Of a DNA stretch of 64,000 bases, positions 25,101 through 37,100 are shown in pieces. The first letter of the stretch is position 1. Each line of letters starts with the position of its first letter. Position numbers and translations under genes: made by a program. Below the pieces are notes generated by a model that had not been told where the DNA came from, ran no database searches, and worked only from the letters and a program-made list of their open reading frames with translations. This stretch comes from Macrostomum hystrix (Eukaryota > Animalia > Platyhelminthes). The DNA lies in assembly GCA_950097015.1 (NCBI GenBank), contig CATNEN010000033.1, positions 310,001 through 374,000 on the forward strand, in the 5' to 3' direction.

Positions 25101-28100
25101 TCTACCCTTTCTATCCCATCTCCCCTTTCTATCCCATCTACCCTTTCTATCCCATCTCCCCTTTCTATCCCATCTACCCTTTCTATCCCATCTCCCCTTT
25201 CTATCCCATCTCCCCTTTCTACCCCATCTACCCCATTCACTTCATTGCAGCCTGCTCCTGATGGCCGGCAGCCAGCGGTGTCAGTGCCTGCAGCCGCTCT
25301 CATCACGCTGGAACGCGTCGGCGCCTGCTGCTGCATGCCGATGGCCGACACAGCCGCCCGACTGCTGCGGCTTGCCGCCGCTGCCCCTGCCGCGATCGGT
25401 CGGGCTGGCGTGTCGGCCGCACTTCGTCAAGCAACAGGCGGCGTCCTGCTGGAATGCCCGGCTGCTACGCCCGGACTTCTGCGTCGGGAAAACGATGCCG
25501 CCTCCTTGACAGTCGCCGCTACTGAGCCGCCGTTCGCCTGCGCCACCTGCCGCGTTGGAGCTCCGACGCCGCTGACGCCGACACCAAGAACTCAAAGCCG
25601 GTGGAGCTTCCTGTCACTGTACACTGGGCTCGTGCTCGACTCCGACTCGGCCACGGCATGCTTGACACTGCGCCAGTTTCTGCGCCTCATCAAACTGGCC
25701 GGTCGGGAGTGCAAAGCTGAATTCCTGCGGCTGACTCTGCTGCCCCTGCTGCTGCAGCTGCGCGTGAGTCCCTGCTTGGCCCTGATAATCCAGGGAGTAA
25801 GAATCCAGAGAGTGTCAATCCACAGAGTGACAATCCAGAGAGTGACAATCCAGAGAGTGACAATCCAGAGAGTGACAGCCCGAGAGTGACAATCCACAGA
25901 GTGACAATCCAGAGAGTGACAATCCAGAGAGTGACAATTCATAGAGTGACAATCCGTTTGGTGACAATCCACAGAGTGACAATCCAGAGAGTGACAATTC
26001 ATAGAGTGACAATCCGTTTGGTGACAATCCAAAGAGTGATAATCCAGAGAGTGACAATCCAGAGAGTGACAATTCATAGAGTGACAATCCATGGAGTGAA
26101 AATTCATGGAGGGACAATCCAAGGAGTGACAATCCAGAGAGTGACAATCCAGAGAGTGACAATCAGTTGAGTGACAATCCGTTGGGTGACAATCTATAGA
26201 GTGACAAGTCAGTCAAATATATTTTAGCTCAACTTACCTAATTTAGAGTCGCCTCAGTGACGACAACGGTGTGAACGTGGACTGCAACGATGAAATGGAC
26301 TCCAGCTGCTCTACTGTAGGCGGCGTTGTGGATGGCGGCGGCTGCCGTCAGCGGTATTTGAACACGGCGAAGTACTGCCTGTGCCTGCTGCCGTACGCTC
26401 TGTCTGCAACCTCCGTGACGGAATCTGACTCGGCGGTGCTTCGCCAACTGCTCGATTTATCATCATTGTCCTCGTTGCGGCGACACGTCTATCGCCTAGT
26501 TGAGAGCCTGGTTGTGTCCAGCGAGCTGGCCGAATCGCGCAAGCGAGCGCGCGAGGACGCCACGGCTGCTGCGGCCGCCGCGGCCGCCGTCTCCGGCCGC
26601 CGTTGGGACGCCGACGATGGCGGCTTCCTCGATCACAACCGACTGAGTGTCGTCGGCGGCGGAGGCGTAGGCGGCATCAGCGGCACAAAATCGTTGCTTG
26701 TCATCTTCATCAACTTCCTGATTAGCGTGTTCGACTTTAATACAATAATGGTTGTGTCACTGCAGGCTCAAGGTAATGTGCTACTTTCTTCCTGTAATCT
26801 TGACACTCCTGTCATCATTCCGTCACTCCTAGCATCATTCCGTCACTCCTGTCATCATTCCGTCACTCCTAGCATCATTCCGTCACTCCTAGCATCATTC
26901 CGTCACTCCAGACATCGTTCCGTCACTCCTGTCATCGTTCTGTTACTCTTGTCATCATTCCGTCACTCCTGTCATCATTCCGTCACTCCTGTCATCATTC
27001 CGTCACTCCTGTCATCATTCCGTCACTCCTGTCATCATTCCGTCACTCCTGTCATCATTCCGTCACTCCAGACATCGTTCCGTCACTCCTGTCATCGTTC
27101 TGTTACTCTTGTCATCCCGCAGAAGGCTCCACTCAGAGTCCCCATGCCGACGGGCTTCTGTCTACACTGCAGCGCGACGCGGACATCTGGGCCAGCTACG
27201 AGCGCCTCTTCCTTCAGTCGCCGAGTTTCCGGCGTCGCTTCATTGACGTAAACGGTTTCAGCGGCGCCTACAGGCTGCTCAAAGATCTGATTGTGGCTTT
27301 CGGACAGGTTGATTCGCTGTCGTCTGATCAGCTGGCTCTGTTTCAGTCATTGCTGACCCTCAGTGTGCACTGCTGCGACTACCAGAACCTGGAGTTCCGG
27401 GTCAGCTTAAGCTGCACTTTTGTTATCTGCTTATACAATCACTACTACTTGACTAAGTAGTGCGGTGAGCTTCAAGTAGTAGAGTGACAATAGAGAGAGT
27501 GACAATTAAAAAGAGTGACAGTAGAAAGAGTGGCAATTGAAAGAGTGACAATAGAAAGAGTGACAATAAAAAGAGTGACAATAGAAAGAGTGACAATAAA
27601 AAGAGTGACAATAGAAAGAGTGACAATAGAAAGAGTGACAGTATAAAGAGTGACAATAGAAAGAGTGACAATAAATAGAGTGACAATAGAAAGAGTGAAA
27701 CTAAGAAGAGTGACAATAGAAAGAGTGACAATAGAAAGAGTGACAGTATAAAGAGTGACAATAGAAAGAGTGACAATAGAAAGAGTGACAATAAAAAGAG
27801 TGACAGTAAAAAAGAGTGATCATAGAAAGAGTGAAAATATAAGAATGACAATAGAAAGAATGACAGACAGTAAAAATGAGTGACAATTCAAAGAATGACA
27901 TATGAAAGAGTGACAATAGAAAGAGTGACAATAGAAAGAGTGACAATAGAAAGAGTGACAATAGAAAGAGTGACATATGAAAGAGTGACATATGAAAGAG
28001 TGACATATGAAAGAGTGACATATGAAAGAGTGACAATAGAAAGAATGACAGTAGAAAGAGTGACATATGAAAGAGTGACATATGAAAGAGTGACATATGA

Positions 28101-31100
28101 AAGAGTGACATATGAAAGAGTGACATATGAAAGAGTGACATATGAAAGAGTGACGTATGAAAGAGTGACAATCGAAAGAATGACAGTAGAAATATTTACT
28201 CTCGAATCCGGAGATCAAGGGTGACAATCCAAAATTGATAATCCAGTGAGTTATAATCCATATAGAATTCTTAAGCGTTTTAATTATCGCGATTGTGTTA
28301 TATACTCGTATTTCTAGGATTTCTCAGCTCAAGTGGTGCTGGATTCCATTCTAATGCTGCTATTAAAGTGCATGTCGGAGAACGAAGCCCGCTCCAAGAG
28401 CATATTCGACTGCATTCTGAACGCTTGCACCAGCAATGTGTACCTGCTGGCGCAGGGTCGCAACTACAGTCGCATGCCCGAGACTGTTGAAAAGATGGTG
28501 AGTAATGCGATTTTTAAATTGTTTTTCTTTTTGGATGAGATTCGAGTTCTCGACCTCTTGGTCCCCTCCAGGCACCCCGACGAAGATCGTTGATTATTTC
28601 GACAATAATCAATAATAGGTATTTGAAATACCCACGTGGTATATTTCTACTGTTAATAGCCTAGTGTTTAGGGTCTGTAATTAAGATCTCAATTTTTTAC
28701 TTTAATGTTTACTAGGCAGTAGTCTATGCAGCTTATAGTTCAATATATTGTTCATTCAGTCTTAACTGCTCGGTGACTAAAAACAGACTCGCCTATGCTC
28801 AGTTTAGCTAGGACTCAGCTTAAGTGTCTTTGTAATTCGATCAAATTAACTCTTTTGAATTCCGGGTCACGAATTCTGTTCACCCGAGCTTTTTTTCAAC
28901 CCCATCATCAATTACCATGAGCACAACTCAGGGCAGGGGAGCTAAATTGAAAATCTACTGTCCAGAGTTACCGGATCGTTTAATTAAGTTTAATTTCCAT
29001 TTTCTACGACCTCTTACCTTTCTGAGTTTATTTCTGAGACAATTTGATACACTTTTCCTTTTGTATTTAACGGCCAAAGAAGTCAAAAAATATTTTAGTT
29101 CATCCGGCCTTTTGCAGCGAATGAGCATTCATTTTGTTCCTTGCCTTGTTTCTGATTTAATGTCAAAGCACTTTAACTCAAAGATATTGTTAATCCTTGT
29201 AAATATATTTTAATGCAACAACAGATAAAAAGCACTCGACGATCTATCCCACCCCATCTATCCCACACCATCTATCCCACACCATCTATATCACACCATC
29301 TATCCCACACCATCTATCCCACACCATCTATCCCACCCCATCTATCCCACACCATCTATCCCACCTCATCTATCCCACTCCATCTATCCGACTCCATCTA
29401 TCCCACTCCATCTATCCCACTTCATGTATCCCACCCGCAGTTGTATTTTCTGTATTCGGAGGTGGCCTGCGGTGCTGGAGGCGGCAGCGTCAGCGAATCC
29501 AGAGCGCCACAGCGCGAACTAGCCGGCAACAACAGCTTGTCCGAGAGCGGCGAAGCCGACGAAGAGGAGTATCAAGCTGACCGTGACAGCAGTAGCAGCA
29601 GCAACAGCGGCACAAACGGCAGTCGTCGCAACGAATTGTTTGACGGCGACTTCGGTGGCGACTGCGACTCCGGCGGTGAATTTGGTGGCAAAAGCTGGCG
29701 ACGAGCGAAGCGCGGACGCGGCAGCGGCAGTGACGTCATCGCGAGCCCTGCCATGGTTCGACTAGCCATTCGTCTGCTGTTCGGTCTAGGTCCGTCGTGC
29801 GTTGTACTTCAAGAAGCGGCCGCCTGCGGCCTCCTACAGATGTTGAAAGCGTCGCCGACAAGTGCAGCACGACTGGCGGAAGAGGTAAGGGCTTTTATAG
29901 TTAGTCTAAAGAAATGGCTGATAGTCATGCGAGATGTGTTTTTCGAGTGAGTGGAGTTTTCGTGGACTGAGGTGGTTGTTTGTGGAGGGATGTGGTTGTT
30001 TGCGAAGGGTGGTGGGTGTTTTGTGGAGGGAGGTGGGTGTTTGTGGAGGGGGTGGGTGTTTGTGGAGGGAGGTGGGTGTTTGTGGAGGGAGTTGGGTGTT
30101 TGGAGTGAGGTGATTTTTTATGGAGTGGTGTGGATGTCTGAAGGTGTTTGGAAGTGGGGTGGGTATCTTTGAAGTGAGAAGGGTGTTTTCTGAATTCAGC
30201 CGGGTAGTTTAAGTGTAATCATTATTATTTTTATCGCCCTACGTCTTCATACGTCTTCAAAACGCAGGACATTCTGGACACTCTTCTAGCCGCAGGCGCT
30301 GATATTCTAACCAGTGATCACAGCGACAACCCTTCCGGGGCGAAGCTGCAGCAGCACACGCTGGCCATTGCTGAATTGCTGGGCACAGCCAGGCTAACTA
30401 GCGGGCAGGCCGAGAGCCTCTTGCAGATGGCCCGCGCTGACTCTCTGACGCCCACCTGTCGTGTGAGTTTTGAGTTCTTCAAATTTATTCAAGCTAGTCT
30501 AATTGATTTATATTTTATGAGTTGAGAAATCCATTCGTTTTATGCACCCTAACTTCTCCCCGCAGTCGGCCCTATTTCGCACCCTGACCCAGTTGGCCAA
30601 GGCTATGCGGGTTGCGCCAGCCCATTCGTTGCGCTTCCCATTGACGCCTGCCACTCCGGCCGCAGCGGCAGCCGCAGCCGCCGCCGCCATCGCCGCCGAA
30701 CCACAGAGCTACGCTGTGGGACTGCCAATCAGGCACGAACTGGGGCACCACCTGTGGCCAGCCAGTACGCAGTGTGGCTTTACCCTGTCCTTCTGGATTC
30801 GTCTAATTAGCCTCGGCGGTTGGCGAGCGCAACGGCACATCTACACCAGTGAGTGGCATTTGTGGGTCTGTATTTAGCTTTGGTAGTTTTTTATACTCAA
30901 AATAATCCCGAGGCTGTAATACTTTGACCGCACGTTCAAAGCACGCTTGCAACGACTAAGAAACTGCGTATTTAGTATGCATGACTAGCAAAAATATGCC
31001 CCTTCTTTATTTATATTTTTGCCTCTTCAATTTCTCAATATATTCACCCTTTAACTCAGTCCTTGTACATAGCAAGCTCTACACCTAATTGGTGTTGGTG

Positions 31101-34100
31101 AAAATGACCGAAGAGGTTACAATTAATTCGCAAACTTATCCTAATCTCACCCGATAAAGACGAAATGTGTTTATAATTTATATTTTACTTCACTTAAGTT
31201 TTGAATTACTTAAACTTAAAGATGATACCACAATTGGCGCGTCCACTGTTATTGAGATTTGGGTAAAATCATTGAAAAACGCTTTTGATGCTGACACCCC
31301 ACGCACGTTTGAAGCGCGTTTGTGCGGATCATGAAAAACTAGTATATTAGACTAGCAATTATGACCCCCTTCTGTAAAGCTTGTTTGATATCTCTATGTA
31401 TGAAAATTCATGCTAGATTATGTTTTCCAAATACACATACACATACTTGACATAGTGGTGTTTATCTATCTGCCACCCGACTTTCTCACTTCGCCTAAAG
31501 TTAAAATATATACCGAGTCTATTTCCTCCGATTTTCTGACCCTCGTGGGTGCAAATTGCACGAAAAGCCTCGAAAGCCTTCTGTACCTCGTATAGCCTCG
31601 TATAGACGCCGTTTCTAACTCGGGCTCGGCTTCGGAAAGAGGGACAGAGAGATTGCGAGAGAGATGTACTATTGGCACTATATTTTTATGTTGGATGTTT
31701 TTGTGGTAAAAAAACTGTCACTATATAGTGGCTTGTTGATTTAGGAAGTCCGAAATGCAGACAGACAGGTAAGCAGGAAAGACTGCCATCGATGCTCTTG
31801 CACTTGGGCTGGTATTAGTGTATTGTAGATGGTTATGATTCGTTTTGTCATTTTTTTTCTCTCTTTTTTGGTTGTATTGAGTTAGTATCTACCTCAGAAT
31901 CGATGTTTCATCTGAAGTGAATTGAGCGCCCACCCAATGTACAGCCCGCCATGTCTGTATCTACGGAGCTAAGTGGTTAGTTGAACTGCGAAATCCCTTG
32001 GGATGCCGTTTGAGAGGCTAAAACCTACATTTGATACGGCGATCGTTAAAAATGCTGTTGACCCAATTTTTTTGCCTGGCTCATCAGTTTAGTGCAACTA
32101 TTTTCAATGAGCTTTTCGATACATATCAGCTAACGGTAGTCCTAAAGTTACTCGGTTATTTGTACTTGGTACTGCTTTGAGCTGGTTTGGAATATATACA
32201 GGTTCTAAAAGACATTTAAGATTACTTGCGGTTATTAATCCCTATGTCAGCATGTTTCAGGGCATTTATTCTCTCGCTCTATCTCCCTTCTAGATGTAAA
32301 ACATATACTCGTACAAATACATGTTTTGGCAAGCGGGGCAGCTCAGCGGTCGCTTTTCGTAGCATTGGCCCTAACTCTACAAAGGCACTATTTACCTAGA
32401 GATTATCCTCAGATCACACATCGTCCACACAGATTTTTTGTCGGCAACTAGCCAAACGCGTATTTGTTTATATTGACAGTCACCATATCAATCACAGTTT
32501 TTTGTTCTGAAAAAAGTGAACTTTAAAATACCAGCTCTCAACTATGCTACATGCGCGGTGCAGGAAATGATAGAGGAACATTTCTTGCTTTTCGCGAATT
32601 TCCTGCCAATTTTCTTCTTGCGGTTTAAAAAGAGAAAAAATGCCTTCCTTTTGGAAATTTTTTAAAATCCTGTCCGCCGTATCCATATTAGCATCTATTA
32701 AGTATTAGCAGTATTAAGAAGCTAAGGAATATTATTCTCAGATTCGGGATTGCTATTCTCAGATTCGGGATTGCTATTCTCAGATTCGGGATTGCTATTC
32801 TCAGATTCGGGATTGCTATTCTCGGATTCGGGATTGCCATTCTCAGATTCGGGATTACTATTCTCAGATTCGGGATTACTATTCTCAGAATCGGGATTGC
32901 TATTCTCAGATTCGGGATTACTATTCTCAGATTCGGGATTACTATTCTCAGAATCGGATTAGCATTCTAAAATTCGGGATTGCCAACTCTCGAAGCTTCG
33001 ATCTAGCTGGAATTTAGAATCTTTATCAATATCAAAGATCTGAATTCAAAATGGGATCTGTATTCAGAATGGGATCTGGATTCAGAATGGGATCTGGATT
33101 CAGAATGGGATCTGTATTCAGAATGGGATCTGTATTCAGAATGGGATCTGGATTCAGAATGGGATCTGTATTCAGAATGGGATCTGGATTCAGAAGGGGA
33201 TCTGTATTCAGAATGGGATCTGTATTCAAAATGGGATCTGGATTCAGAATGTGATCTGTATTCAGAATGGGATCTGTATTCAAAATGGGATCTGTATTCA
33301 AAATGGGATCTGTATTCAGAATGGGATCTGTATTCAGAATGGGATCTGTATTCAGAATGGGATCTGTATTCAGAATGGGATCTGTATTCAGAATGGGATC
33401 TGTATTCAGAATGGGATCTGTATTCAAAATGGGATCTGTATTCAGAATGGGATCTGTATTCAGAATGGGATCTGTATTCAGAATGGGATCTGTATTCAGA
33501 ATGGGATCTGTATTCAGAATGGGATCTGGATTCAGAAGGGGATCTGTATTCAGAATGGGATCTGTATTCAAAATGGGATCTGTATTCAGAATGTGATCTG
33601 TATTCAGAATGGGATCTGTATTCAGAATGGGATCTGTATTCAGAATGTGATCTGTATTCAGAATGTGATCTGTATTCAAAATGGGATCTGTATTCAGAAT
33701 GGGATCTGTATTCAGAATGGGATCTGGATTCAGAATGGGATCTGTATTCAGAAAGGGATCTGGATTCAAAATGAATAACTAAAGCCTCTGAATGTCCGCA
33801 GGACGACAGCGCAACGCCAGCAGTTTTGACGCGCGCCAGCAGGTCCGGGAAAGTCTCCTGCATCTGGCCACCCTGCAGACAGCCGACACCGGCTTGGAAG
33901 TGTCCGTGGAGCCCGCGGCCGGCTCGCTTCACCTTCGCCTTCTGGTACCTCGCCGGCGTCCAGCCGAAGCAACGTTGCACGCCGTCCTGCCGCCGAACTG
34001 CTGGTGCCACGCCACAGTCGCCTGCGCGCCGCCTGTCAAACGCGGCGGCGGGGGTGTCGGCGTTGCCAGCCGGAGTTGCTACTCTACAACTGTGGTGGTT

Positions 34101-37100
34101 ACGATCAACGGGTTGGCGACGCATCAGGTGACACTGGAGCATGACTCCGTCAGCCAAGATGCTAAGGCGTGCGTCCGGCTGCGCCTGGGTCACGTGACCG
34201 CCGATGCGCCGCCCGCGGCAGGCATTGTAAGCTGCGCGCCCGATGGCCAATACCAAATTGGTGGCGTGGCTCTGTTTAAAGGTGAGCTTTAGAAATCCCA
34301 ATTTCTCTTCTCCCAGATCCTCAGATTGATTTCTTCATGCATTCATTCTGCCACATCTCAAAGTCTAGTCCCTTCATTCTGCCACATCTCAAAGTCTAGT
34401 CCCTTCATTCTCCCACATCTCAAAGTCTAGTCCCTTCATTCTGCCACATCTCAAAGTCTAGTCCCTTCATTCTCCCACATCTCAAAGTCTATTCCCTTCA
34501 TTCTCCCACATCTCAAAGTCTATTCCCTTCATTCTCCCACATCTCATAGTCTAGTCCCTTCATTCTCCCACATCTCAAAGTCTAGTCCCTTCATTCTCCC
34601 ACATCTCAAAGTCTAGTCCCTTCATTCTCCCACATCTCAAAGTCTAGTCCCTTCATTCTCCCACATCTCAAAGTCTAGTCCCTTCATTCTCCCACATCTC
34701 AAAGTCTAGTCCCTTCATTCTCCCACATCTCATAGTCTAGTCCCTTCATTCTCCCACATCTCATAGTCTAGTCCCTTCATTCTCCCACATCTCATAGTCT
34801 AGTCCCTTCATTCTCCCACATCTCATAGTCTAGTCCTTCATTCTCCCACATCTCATAGTCTAGTCCCTTCATTCTCCCACATCTCAAAGTCTAGTCCCTT
34901 CATTCTCCCACATCTCAAAGTCTAGTCCCTTCATTCTCCCACATCTCATAGTCTAGTCCCTTCATTCTCCCCACATCTCATAGTCTAGTCCCTTCATTCT
35001 CCCACATCTCATAGTCTAGTCCCTTCATTCTCCCACATCTCATAGTCTAGTCCCTTCATTCTCCCACATCTCAAAGTCTAGTCCCTTCGTTCTCCCACAT
35101 CTCAAAGTCTAGTCCCTTCATTCTCCCACATCTCAAAGTCTAGTCCCTTCATTCTCCCACATCTCAAAGTCTATTCCCTTCATTCTCCCACATCTCAAAG
35201 TCTAGTCCCTTCATTCTCCCACATCTCATAGTCTAGTCCCTTCATTCTCCCACATCTCATAGTCTAGTCCCTTCATTCTCCCACATCTCATAGTCTAGTC
35301 CCTTCATTCTCCCACATCTCAAAGTCTAGTCCCTTCATTCTCCCACATCTCAAAGTCTAGTCCCTTCATTCTCCCACATCTCATAGTCTAGTCCCTTCAT
35401 TCTCCCACATCTCAAAGTCTAGTCCCTTCGTTCTCCCACATCTCAAAGTCTATTCCCTTCATTCTCCCACATCTCAAAGTCTAGTCCCTTCATTCTCCCA
35501 CATCTCATAGTCTAGTCCCTTCATTCTCCCACATCTCAAAGTCTATTCCCTTCGTTCTCCCACATCTCAAAGTCTAGTCCCTTCATTCTCCCACATCTCA
35601 AAGTCTATTCCCTTCATTCTCCCACATCTCAAAGTCTAGTCCCTTCATTCTCCCACATCTCATAGTCTAGTCCCTTCATTCTCCCACATCTCAAAGTCTA
35701 GTCCCTTCATTCTCCCACATCTCAAAGTCTATTCCCTTCATTCTCCCGCATCTCAAAGTCTAGTCCCTTCATTCTCCCACATCTCATAGTCTAGTCCCTT
35801 CATTCTCCCACATCTCATAGTCTAGTCCCTTCATTCTCCCACATCTCATAGTCTAGTCCCTTCATTCTCCCACATCTCAAAGTCTAGTCCCTTCATTCTC
35901 CCACATCTCATAGTCTAGTCCCTTCATTCTCCCACATCTCATAGTCTAGTCCCTTCATTCTCCCACATCTCATAGTCTAGTCCCTTCATTCTCCCACATC
36001 TCAAAGTCTAGTCCCTTCATTCTCCCACATCTCAAAGTCTAGTCCCTTCATTCTCCCACATCTCAAAGTCTATTCCCTTCATTCTCCCACATCTCAAAGT
36101 CTAGTCCCTTCATTCTCCCACATCTCAAAGTCTAGTCCCTTCATTCTCCCACATCTCAAAGTCTATTCCCTTCATTCTCCCACATCTCAAAGTCTAGTCC
36201 CTTCATTCTCCCACATCTCATAGTCTAGTCCCTTCATTCTCCCACATCTCAAGTCTAGTCCCTTCATTCTCCCACATCTCAAAGTCTATTCACTTCATTC
36301 TCCCGCATCTCAAAGTCTATTCCCTTCATTCTCCCACATCTCAAAGTCTAGTCCCTTCATTCTCCCACATCTCAAAGTCTAGTCCCTTCATTCTCCCACA
36401 TCTCAAAGTCTATTCCCTTCATTCTCCCACATCTCAAAGTCTATTCCCTTCATTCTCCCACATCTCAAAGTCTATTCCCTTCATTCTCCCACATCTCAAA
36501 GTCTAGTCCCTTCATTCTCCCACATCTCAAAGTCTAGTCCCTTCATTCTCCCACATCTCAAAGTCTATTCCCTTCATTCTCCCACATCTCAAAGTCTAGT
36601 CCCTTCATTCTCCCACATCTCAAAGTCTAGTCCCTTCATTCTCCCACATCTCAAAGTCTAGTCCCTTCATTCTCCCACATCTCAAAGTCTAGTCCCTTCA
36701 TTCTCCCACATCTCAAAGTCTAGTCCCTTCATTCTCCCACATCTCAAAGTCTAGTCCCTTCATTCTCCCACATCTCATAGTCTAGTCCCTTCATTCTCCC
36801 ACATCTCAAAGTCTAGTCCCTTCATTCTCCCACATCTCATAGTCTAGTCCCTTCATTCTCCCACATCTCATAGTCTAGTCCCTTCATTCTCCCACATCTC
36901 ATAGTCTAGTCCCTTCATTCTCCCACATCTCAAAGTCTAGTCCCTTCATTCTCCCACATCTCAAAGTCTAGTCCCTTCATTCTCCCACATCTCATAGTCT
37001 AGTCCCTTCATTCTCCCACATCTCATAGTCTAGTCCCTTCATTCTCCCACATCTCATAGTCTAGTCCCTTCATTCTCCCACATCTCATAGTCTAGTCCCT

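Noticed and set aside
28572-28618. Extra LYST exon after a ccctccag acceptor
   Set aside because: It ends in phase 2 while exon 11 needs phase 0; exons 10 and 11 join directly.
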